In this document: in pieces, positions 22,795 through 34,800 of the stretch | Layout of the letters: each line of letters begins with the position of its first letter | How positions within the stretch are numbered: position 1 is the first letter of the stretch | NCBI GenBank assembly: GCA_964514595.1 | Contig: CAZEQZ010000001.1 | Span: 43,914 to 107,913, forward strand | Direction: 5' to 3' | From: an uncultured Candidatus Saccharibacteria bacterium | GTDB taxonomy: Bacteria > Patescibacteriota > Dojkabacteria > SC72 | Length of the DNA stretch: 64,000 nucleotides | Translations under genes and position numbers: made by a program | The notes under the pieces: generated by a model | What the model saw: the letters and a program-made list of their open reading frames with translations, nothing else | The model's database searches: none | Told to the model about the DNA's origin: nothing

Positions 22795-22823
22795 TTGACG
22801 GATTACTCAATTTCCTCTATTAT
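22795..22823 (+). promoter_or_regulatory. Sigma70 promoter for the giant surface-protein genes
   Basis: TTGACG, 17 bp, TATTAT. Confidence 0.7.
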
Positions 22824-22886
22824 TATTCATAGGTTGGGGCACTAAAATTTTACCGTTAAAACAGCGTTTTCTACTGTCTAGAAAAA

Positions 22887-25800
22887 ATGCAAGAAAAGTA
22901 CTGCCTAAAACTAGTAAAAAATATATTCATTTTTCTTGGAATACTGCTCCCAACTTTCTTTCTGTTTTTTATAGAAAAATCGTATGCACTCTCTACAAAT
23001 ACGATAAATTTGCAAGGAAAAATAGTTAGGAATGATACAGGGTATGAGGGATTGAATGTTACTACGGGTAATCCTTCGTGTGTTGTAGCTGGATCAAGTA
23101 ATGATACTTGTGATTTCAGAGTAAGATACTACAGTGCAGCTTCTGGAGGTACACTCTTTCTCACGGAAGTTTTTTCTAACAAAGAGATAGGGCAATACAA
23201 TGGTGCTTTCAATCTATCTCTTGGTTCTGATCCCTCTCCCACAGCTGGTTCATATAGTTCGCTAGATGCACTCGTAGCGGCAGAAAATACGGTATACATA
23301 GAGATAGGTTTCGATCCCGCAGGAGGTAATTCATATACAGAAACGTTCACAAGGATGTCTCTTCAAGCCACTGCATTTGCCATGAGATCAAAATATGCAT
23401 CTCATGCTAATACTGCATTTCAATTTGATACAGCAGCTAATTCCTCCGGATATGCTAGTCCTAGCGCAGGTATGGTTTACTGGGATACAACAGATTCAAC
23501 ACTTAAGGTATATGATGGTGCATCTTGGGTTGATATAGGGAGTGGAGGTACAGGGAGTTCTCTTTGGACACAGGGGACGGGCTTTGCCTATTTGACCACA
23601 TTGACAGATAGTCTGGTTCTCGGTGCTGATTCATATACTGCTATTGGTAGTGATACCTATTCGACTTATGTTGCTGGGTTGGGTGCAAGACCTCCGTTTT
23701 CTTTTGATATGGGCGCAGAAAGAGCTTCAATATCAGGAGATACTGCTAAGTCTGGTTTAACAGTATATTCCAACTACACATCAACAGGAGCTTGGCCGTT
23801 GGTTTTGTTTAAAACTGAAAGCTCTAACTTTGACAATTTGGTTCTAGAAATAGTCCAGGATGGTACAGGTCACCTTATGTCCTTAAAGAAGGGAAGTACA
23901 GAGGTATTTGCATTTGAAAACCCTATGACATTCTTCATTAGGCCCAGAGATGATGCCCCGACGATCTATGAGAATAGGTTGTACAATGTTGGAGGGACAC
24001 TCTATTGGAACGGTACGGCTTTAGGAGGAGGAAGTAGCTCTCTTTGGACAGATGATGGAACATACACATATCTAACAGATACAACAGACGATGTAATAAT
24101 TGGAGGGGATTCTGCATTGAACGCTCAATTCTATTTTGATGTTGCTAATGGAAGATTAGGTATCGGAACCGGAACTCCCACATCTAGGCTTGATATCGCG
24201 GGTGCTAGCTCCATAATCTCAAATAGCTCGGGAGACATCACAATATCTCCCGATGAGACAGTTGTCATAAAGGCACAGAATACAGATCCGAATAACTTGA
24301 TGGAGTGGCAAAATAGTTCTGGTACTGTGTTAAGTTTAATAAATCAGAGTGGATATGCAAGTCTTGGGAAGAGTACAGGTAGTACAACAGCTATGCTTTC
24401 ATTGGGTGCTAATACAGCTTCTGTGGCACAACTGAATTTAGCGGCTTCTAGTGCAATAGATGTGAGTAGTCCTAATACAGGGGATCTTTGGTATAACGGT
24501 ACCAATCTCTATTTCTATGACGGTACTGATCATATTGATCTTTTGGTAGGGAACAGTGATGGAGTTGGATTATTCTCAGAACATGGTTCAGTAGCTAGTG
24601 GTAGCTATCTTAATGTAGAGCATAACGATGATACATATAACATATTAGCAGATGGCTGGATATGTGTAGGGGGTAGTGAAAATGAGAGTTGTACAGGAGG
24701 AAATTGGAAGAATATCAAAGAAGAGAGTATTAGTATTAGGCATGCTTTAAAAGAGGATTGGGAGGATGCAGGAAGTACAGGAATCATAAGAACAGATGTT
24801 AGGGATACCTCTGTATCTCTTTCCCCAGCTTTTAATCCTGGTACAGGGGCAGATGGTGATGTAACGGTGCAGTACAATACAAATATTAATACAACAAGTC
24901 TATCTGCGGGGAGGAGTTGTGCAGATGGTGGAGATGCAGTTAATTACAATATAACTGCATTCCCATCTTCTACAACAGCTACACTTTCAGCTACACCAAG
25001 TACAGGTTGTTTGGCCGTAGGGGATGAGGTATTGATTATAAATCTCCAGGGTACATATACAGCTATGGATAATGTAGGTAACTATGAGACGTTGGAGATA
25101 GCTAATGTCTCTGGGACTACGATTACATTTAAGACAGCCAAGAAGAACTACTATGGGGATGGGTTAGCAGATGATACCAATTTAGGCACTTCTACTAGTA
25201 CGCAAAGAGTTATGTTACAGAGAGTTCCTAATTACAGAAATCTTACAGTTAATTCAGGTGTTAACTTCTATCCTTCTACATGGAATGGTGTAAAGGGAGG
25301 AGTTATATTTTTCAGAGCTAGTGTTAGTGCAAATATTAATGGAACAATAGATGTAAGTGGGATAGGGTATAGAGGAGGTAGTGCAGGTGGAAATCTTCAA
25401 GGGAGCTCAGGAGGAGAGGCATTTTGCGGACCTGGTGGTGCAGGGGCAACAACTACAACAAATGGTACTAGTGGGGCTGGTGGTGGTGGTGGGTATAATG
25501 GTTATTTGGGTGGAAATGGTTACTGTGGTGGTGGTGGTGGTGCAAGTAATGGCTCCACTTTAGGATTGGGTAGTGCTAACAGGGGGGGTTCTGGTGGTGG
25601 CTCCGAGTACGCAGCCGCCGGTAGCGGTGGAGGATATGGTACAGCTGGAAGTGGAGGAGCAAATTATACTGCTGGATCAAATGCTCCTTCTGGTGGGACT
25701 AATGCTTCTGGAGATGGAACTCTGTCGACCAGTGTTACATATAGTGGAGGAGGAGGGGGAGGAACATATGGGGAGGCTAATTTAAGTAAACTCTTTTTTG

Positions 25801-28800
25801 GGAGTGCTGGATCGGGAGGTACTGTAGGAACAGCTGGAGTTTCTGGTTCTGGTGGAATAGGAGGAGGAATAATAGCTGTTTATTCCAAGAGTGTAGTTGT
25901 TTCAGGAATGGTATCATCTAGAGGTACAGGCGGAGCTTCTGCTACAGTTGCTAATGCAGCAGGAGCAGGAGCTGGAGCTGGAGGAAGCATATTGCTTAGT
26001 GGTGAAAGTGTTAATACTGGAACTTCCTTTGTTGGTGCAAGTGGAGGAGCTGGAGGTACAAGTACTGGGTGGGTAGGAGTGAATGGTGGTGCCGGAGGTG
26101 ATGGCCGTATAGCAATATACTACTCTGACTCATATTCTGGTACCACAGCCAACCCCTCTGTTACCAACTACTACCAATCTGGATATAACTCATACGGTAT
26201 ATATAATTCTCCAGTAATAGCTACACCCAATGCTCAAACATATGACAATATTAGATGGAGTCAAGATTTAGATACATACGGTAATATCAGTATACAAACA
26301 AGAAGTGGTAATAGTACAAACCCATTAGATGCATCATGGGAAGAGTGGAGACCATTTGTGGTTAATCAAAACTACATTATGCTTGAAAGTGCCGATACCC
26401 ATACTAACTGGAGCGGTACTAACGCGACTGTCTCTGAAGGAGATGTAACTAGAAATGTGGACTATTTTGAAGATGAGGATGAAACTACTGCTACAAATGT
26501 AACTAAGGTGGTTAGTAGTACGAATGGGGGATATGTGGAGGCCGCAGTATCAAATGAAGACCTAAGTAACTATGACTACATAACTGCTTGGGTTAGGGCA
26601 TCTCAAATAGGGAATACCTTGAGATTAGGTTTTGGAGAAAGTGCTGGTACTGAACAGTATGAAGATATTACAGTAGATGCATCGGATACGTGGCAGAAGA
26701 TATATTGGGATATATCTGATATAGCTACAGGAGATAGGGATGATGTGACCGTACTAAGATTAACCAATAAGACGGGATCAAGTAATACGATATATTTAGA
26801 TAATGTTAGAGCAGAAAAATTAATAACAGATAACGATGGTAGTGATATAAGCAGTACACCCAATAACTATATGCAGTACAGAGTAGTATTTAGTACTACG
26901 AACCTTGCATACCAACCAATACTTAGGAACATAACCATATCCTATAACTCGGGATATCGCATAGTTATACATGATAATAATAACGTTAGAGTATACAACT
27001 ACAGTGGTAGTACAAAATATCTCAAACTAGATGTAGCAACATCTGGAGGTGGAGGTGGTGGAAGCGGAACTGGCTTTGTAGCAGGAGTTGCCACATCCAC
27101 AATAGCAGATGGAGAGGATGCTGTGGCGTTCACATTTAACACACCTACTTCATATACGGATCCGTCATCCAAGCTACTCTCTGTAATGAATAACAGTGTG
27201 GAGAAGATGTATCTGGATTCAAATGGAAACCTATATGTAGCAGGAAGTGTAATAGCGGGAAATGGTTTTGGTTCTGGATTGATTAATAATACAGGAGGGG
27301 CTGTGACAGAAAGAACATTAGTAACGATAGATCCTTCAACAAATGACTCCTTCATTACAACAAACATCGAAAATCAAATGGGAGCATTTGGTGTCGTAAC
27401 AGGAGTAAGTGTAAGTGGGGATATAAATAAGAATGGCGTTTGTGATGATGGAGATACATGTATGGTTGTATTTGAGGGAATTACTAATGTGAATACATAT
27501 GATGCCACTACAGCCTCTGTAGGGGACTATATATATTCATATTCTGAATATGGATATGCGAAAGCTTCATCTGAACAAGAGAATGGGTTAATAGGGATGG
27601 TTATGTCAACAGAAAACGCTGCTTCAGGATATCTTAAGATAGTCTTCTTTACACAAAATAAGAGTGCTGCTGATTTCTATCTTAATGTTGGTTTTGATAA
27701 GAATGCGTATAGGGATATGTACACACTATTGGCCAAAGATTATGAAGCTCTAAGTCTAGCGGAGAGAAGGGGACTAATAGAGAGTAATCAATCAGAAAGT
27801 ATTATGTTTGATACTTTTGTAGATGGATTAAAGATAGATAGTGAAAATTCTGATGTAGGCTTGGATATATACAATCAAAAGATGGGACTATGGGGTGGAC
27901 TATCATTAACAGATTCCACAACAGACATGGCATCTAATAGATATTTTGGTACTACTGGAGCAACATTAATAGATGCTGCATACTACTACGATAGGTCTCA
28001 GACAGGGGAGGTTGGCCAGGATTCCACAATAGGTGATTTGATTACCGATGGTATAGATCCGTATTGGTACAAGGGAGTCTCATACATAAGTGGGACTACA
28101 GCTCTATCTGCTAAATACAATGGGCTACTTTTCAATGTCACAGGTGCATACGGTACGTCCTCTGAGCATGGAAGTATAGAGATAGAGGTAGCAAGCCAGA
28201 CAGTTAGTGGTATTACAGCAAATATTTCATCTTCCGATGGTACATGTACAGCTACAGGTGCTACATTAACATTTGGAAATGAGTATTCATTCACATCTGG
28301 TAGTTGTAGTGGGAGTAGTATTAAGATCACACCTCAAAGAACAGATTATGCGGTGGGGGATAAATTTAAGATAGCAAGTTGGTATTTAGAACCAACCACA
28401 GCTAACGACAGAGGGAGTAGGAGAGATTTTCCAGAGAGATCCATCATCATACCTACTGCAACAGCAGGGGATATATATATAACCATAGTAGACTACGATA
28501 CACAGAGAGTATGGATGAAGTTTAATTCAGATACAGATGCAATAGCCACAGGTAATATCTTAATAGATAACGCAGACAAAGATATTAATAAGATATTCAT
28601 GATAAACGGAGATATGTATGTAGATTTTACTACAGTATCATCTAATGTAGATGCTATTGTAGTAGGATTTGCAAGGGATGATGCATGGGCAGTAAATGGA
28701 GCAACCTGGTACAAGTATGATACCAATATAGGGTTAAGAAATAATGGAGATGGTTATACTACAACAACAAATCCATATACATTCTCAGATGGGGATGGGA

Positions 28801-31800
28801 GTGGGGTATCATTTGTAGGTCTAGATTATGAGGTGTTTGGTAGTAGTACTATAAAAGGAATAGATAGTAATGCAGAAGATACCACAGGCATCTACTATAG
28901 CAACCCAGTAACATTCCAATACAATAGTAACAAAGCATACCTTTGGATGAATGCATATATAGATCCAGATGATACTTCAGGAGATATTTCAGTTTCCGTA
29001 TCTAACGATGGGGGTAGTACATATGTTGCAGGGAGCCTAATAAGAGCTACGGGTAGTACAGTTAAGGAGTATGAATATAGTTTCAACCTTGCTGATTCTG
29101 ATAATGAATATATAGTAAAGATAGAGCTAGAAAGAGGTAGTAGTAAGAAATCAACGGTATATGTAAATAGTTGGGGGTTAGCACAAATGGATATAAGTGG
29201 AGTAGGAGGTGGAGGATTATTTACTAATACAGAGAATGCAGTTCCCCACAAGGGTTATGTTGAAGTACTACACGGACAGAATACAAATAACATATTAGCT
29301 ACAGGTTGGGTATACAATACTAATTTAGCTAGATGGATTAAGACTAGTGAGAGTAGTATATCCGTAAGTCATGTAAAAGATTCGGATTGGTTAAAAGACC
29401 CTGATATGATACCTGCTACACCTATATGGGTAGATCCAATAACAGGAGAGCCTGGAGAGTTAGATGCAGGTACTGGGGCAGATGGTGATATAACAGTAAG
29501 TACTAATTCAGATATTAATGTAAATAAATTAATTACGAGTAGGAATGCTGCTTGTCCAGATGCTCCTAATTACAATATAACTACATTTAGTGTTGATGGA
29601 ACAGAGGCTACCATTACACCAGCTGCAGATACTGCTAATAGTTGTTTATCTCCAGGGGATGAGGTATTAATTATAAACCTTCAAGGTACATACTCTGCAA
29701 TGGTCAATGTCGGGAACTATGAGACCCTAACTATCGACTCTATAGATGTTACGGGTACAACTATTACATTCACAGAAGCTAAATCCAACTATTATGGAGG
29801 GAATATTAATGATGATAGTAACTTAGGTACTGCAACTAACACACAGAGAGTTATGATGCAAAGGGTGCCTCAATATGATGATGTTACTGTAAATGCAGGA
29901 ATAAACTTCTATCCTTCTGCATGGAATGGAATAAAGGGAGGGGTAATGTTCTTTAGGGCCACAGGCGAAGTAAATATTAATGGAACAATACATGCAGATG
30001 GGAAAGGTTATTTAGGTGCTACACAACATGGAGGATATAGTTACGCGGGTGGTGGTGGTGGTGAGGCTTTTTGTGGTGAAGGTGGTGATGGTAGTACTAC
30101 AAATGGGACGGATGGTGCCGCGGGTGGTGGTGGTGGTGCATCAGGCGGATTGGGAGGAGATGGATATTGTGGAGGAGGAGGAGGGGGAAGGGTTATTGAG
30201 GATCCGGGCCGAGGATCAGTAGGGCAAGGAGGTGCAGGTGGAGGTGGTGGTAGATATTCGGGTGGTGGTGGTGGTGGTTATGGGACTCCTGGTTCTGGCG
30301 GCCATAGAAGTTTTGATAACTACGGTGAAGACGGAGGGGCTAATACTTCGGGAGATGGTGGTGTCTCTACAGGAACTGGTGCAGGTGGAGGAGGAGGTGG
30401 TAGCTATGGTATTGAATCCTTATCAAAATTAATGCTTGGATCTGGTGGTGGGAGGGGTGGTAATCAAACATCTCCTATGCTGGGAGGTGCAGGAGGAAAT
30501 GGCGGGGGAATAGTTAATATTGCTGGTGGAACGATTAGGGTTAATGGGGCTTTAAGTAGTAATGGGGTCAATGGTGCAAATGGTGCAAGTGGAACATCAT
30601 ACTACACAGGTGGTGGTGGTGGTGGTGCGGGTGGGTCAGTGAGGGTAGAGGGGGGAGTTGTTAATATTGGGTCATCTTTGCTTGCTGCAAATGGTGGCGA
30701 TGGTGGAATCGGTAGAATATCCAATGTGGCAACTCAAAATGGAGGTGCAGGTGGTGATGGTAGAATCGCAATCTATTTTGCTACCAGTTATGTAGGCATC
30801 TCGGGAACACCTACAGTAACAAACTTCTATACAGTAGGGGAGGAAGTAGTGCAGAATCCTTCTAGTGGAAGTGATGGAGATTTAACACTTAGTACAGCTG
30901 GAACGGTAAACATAAACAGAACAAGCCCTATGGGTGTGAGATCTTGCTCAGATGGTGGTGATGCTGTTAACTATAACATTGTTGCATTTAACGTTGCTGG
31001 GAATGAAGCAACATTGAGTGTTTCTCCTAGTAGTGGATGTCTGGATTCGGGGGACGAAGTTCTGATAATCAATCTTCAGGGCTCATACTCAGCTATGAAC
31101 AATGTTGGTAATTGGGAAATATTAACAATAGATGAGGTAGTGGGTACAACAGTTACATTTACAACAACTAAAACAAAATATTACGGTAATAACTTAGATG
31201 ATGATACAAACCTAGGTACTGCAACAAATACGCAAAGAGTTATGCTACAGAGGGTACCTCAATATGAGGATGTTACTATAGGTGTCGGTGTAACACTTGA
31301 ACCAGATGCCTGGAATGGGGTAAAAGGTGGGGTTATGTTCTTCAAGGCAAGCGGTAGTGTAAGTATTAACGGAAATATAAGTGCAAGTAGTAAGGGATTC
31401 TTAGGGGGGGTTACAGAAGGTGGATATAATCATGGTGGTGGGCAGGGAGGTGATTCTTTATGTGGTCCTGGAGGTTCTCCCGGAAGAGTAGTCTCAGGAG
31501 GGGATGGTGCAGGTGGTGGTGGTGGTTATACGGCTGGTACTGGAGATGGATATTGTGGTGGTGGTGGTGGTGGTGAGCCAACAGGCGGTATAGGTAGTGT
31601 TACAAGTGGTGGTGCAGGTGGTGGTGGTGGACGAAGAGCAGGTGGTGGCGCGGGTGGTTATGGCACTGCTGGGACATCAGGAACGTATAATGCATTAACC
31701 TATGGTGCTACTGATGGGGGGACTAACAGTTCGGGTGATGGTGGTGCAGTAGCAACTGGAATTGGCCCAGGTGGTGGTGGAGGAACATATGGAGATGAAC

Positions 31801-34800
31801 AATTAACAAAACTATTCCTTGGTTCGGGAGGTGGTAGGGGAGGAAATAATGCGTCCCCTCAACTCGGAGGTGCAGGTGGTAATGGTGGTGGTATTGTGTA
31901 TATAGTTGCCGACTCTGTTACAGTGTCTGGTACTTTAGCAAGTAACGGTGCTACGGGTGGTAATGGTGCAAGTGGTACATCATACTATACAGGTGCTGGA
32001 GGAGGTGGGTCAGGCGGTGCAGTTAGGGTTGAGGGAAGAACGGTGAATATAGGTTCCTCTGCACTCACAGTTACAGGGGGAAGCAGTGGAGTTGGTAGAT
32101 TTAACAATACGGCAGTAAATAATGGTGGTACTGGTGGTAGTGGTAGAGTAGCAGTCTACTATACAGATACATACTCCGGTACATCTGGGACCCCAGCTGT
32201 CACAAACTTCTACGAACTAGATCCAAGTACGGTAGGAGATGAGGATGTAGAAGCTCCAACGGGGATAATAAGGGCTATGATTGGTTTAACTGAAATATCA
32301 TTAGAGTCTGGTATAGATGTAGGGGATGGTAGGGATGGTAATGTGACAGTTGCTTATAATACGAATATAAATAGGACAAGTTTAATAGCAGGAAGGAGTT
32401 GTGCTGATGGCGGGGATGCCGTTAACTACAATGTTCTTGCTTTTAATTCTGCTGGGACAGAGGCAACGTTAGCTAGAGCTCCAAGTTTGGGTTGTTTAAA
32501 TGCAGGAGATGAAGTTTTAGTAATAAATCTTGCAGGTACTTCGTCCGCATTTTTTAATGTTGGCAACTATGAGACATTTAGAGTTCAAAGTATAACCGGT
32601 ACCACAGTTAGGTTTACTACGGCAAAAACCAAATATTATGGTAATAATCCTAATGATGATTCAAATTTAGGGGTAGCAAATAATACACAGAGAGTCATGC
32701 TACAGAGGGTCCCAAATTACCAGAATTTAACAGTAAATAATGGAGTTACCTTCTATCCGGATGAATGGTCAGCAGAGGCCAAGGAAAATTCGGTATATAG
32801 AGAAGGAAAGGGTGGTGTAATGTTCTTTAGAGCAACAGGGAGTGTAAATATAAATGGTACTATAAGCGCTTCCGGAAAGGGGTACAGGGGTGGTGGGAGG
32901 ACTGTGCAAGGAATATATGAGGGCTTTAAGGGAGAGTCGTATACGGGAGGGTATAATTTATATACATCCTGGTCTCCTAACGGAGGAGGAGGAGGTGGTG
33001 GTGGTGATTATTCTGTGTCTTCAAATACTGAGGCTGGTGGTGCAGGAGGTTCCTATGGAACAAAGGGGCAGGATGGTGGAGCTGGGGGGACATTTGGTGA
33101 TCAAACAAAAGGTATTGCCGGGGATATATATGCTGTAGGAGAAGATCTTAGTGATAGGATATATTTTGGTTCTGGTGGTGGTGCGGGATCTAATGATAAT
33201 GACACGGCTAATGGTCCATACGGAGGTGCAGGTGGAGATGGGGGAGGTATAATTGGAGTGTTTTCTGGAAGTATTGTGGTTAGTGGGAGCGTTGCTAATA
33301 ACGGTGACAATGGTGAAGCTGGATATAGGGGTTCTGCGAGCGACAATGAAACTGGAGGAGGTGGTGGGGGGGCAGGTGGGTCCATATATCTTGCTGGTGC
33401 AGGTGTATCTGTAGGAAGTAGTTTAGTTACAGTAAATAATGGTATAGGCGGTTTGGCTGGTGAGACAGCAGCTGCCGAAGCTGGTGGTGTTGGTGGTCTC
33501 GGCCGTATAGCTATTCACTACTCTGAAACATACTCTGGTACATCTGGTAATCCAACTGTTACAAACTTCTATGAAGGAAGCTCATACTCATACGGTATGT
33601 ATCACTCCAATGAAATAGTAACAAAAGGTGCTGGATCATTCTCAGATTTAAGATGGGATTACAATAATAATGGATACGGTAGAATATCTGTTCAAACAAG
33701 AACAGGTGCCACTGCAGATTCCACAGATGGCTCATGGGAGGAGTGGAGATCCACTAGTCCAACATATGAAGCACAATCCCTAAATGATGCTGAGAACGCA
33801 TCCTCTTGGGTTGGCACTAATGTTGTAGTATCTGATGGAGATGTGACAAGGGATGTGGACTTCTTCGAAGATGAGGATGAATTTACAACCGGTAGTATAA
33901 CTAAGATGATATCCTCTACTAATGGAGGATATGCAGAATCAACAATATCCTCAACTGATCTCTCAGGATATGAATATATAACATTCTGGGTTAAAGCTTC
34001 GGTATTAGGGCAGAAACTATCCTTTAGTATGGGAGAGAGTTCAGGTGATGAGCATACTGAGGATATAGTGATAGATAGTTTGGAATGGCAGAAGGTATAT
34101 TGGGATTTAGCTGATATACCCGCTGAAAATAGAGATGCTATAACAAAACTTAGAATAACCAACCTATCCTCAGTAATTAACACCTTCTATATAGATAACG
34201 TGAGTGCAGAAGGAAGAGGTACTAGCAGTATAGATAGGATTAATTCCACACCAAATGACTATTTACAATATAGAGTGATATTTACAACCACAGATTCTAG
34301 ATATAGACCAGAGCTACAAAGCATATCCTTCACATACAATATCGGATATGAAATTGTACAGATAGATACAAATAGAGTAAGGCTATACAACTACTCAGGA
34401 TATACTCAAAAATTAAGACTAGACATAGCTACTGGGGGATTGATGATAGATTTAAGATCCAGTCTAGGTTCGAGTACTGTCAATCTAGCACCAACCATAG
34501 CTCAACAAGATTGGGACGACTACACAAACAGTCTGTGGGTGAACAAGACAGGCACAGAGGGTAACTTCATGAGATTCCAGCAGTATGGAGTGGACAAATT
34601 CGTCTTAAGTGCGGATGGTACTATGGAGATGAGGGGAGGCACCATTACATTAGGAGATACTGGATTAAAGGGGAGTATAAGATTTAATACCGGTACCAAT
34701 AAGTTAGAATTCAGTAATGATGGCTCAACATGGATACCCGTTGCTGACTCTCTCTCCGCAGTTACTCTTGCTGCAGAATACTCAGGAGCGGTACTGTCTG

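Noticed and set aside
29469-32213. Diversity-generating retroelement TR/VR pair among the module repeats
   Set aside because: Differences are mostly synonymous and not adenine-specific, both copies are coding, and no reverse transcriptase is in the window.
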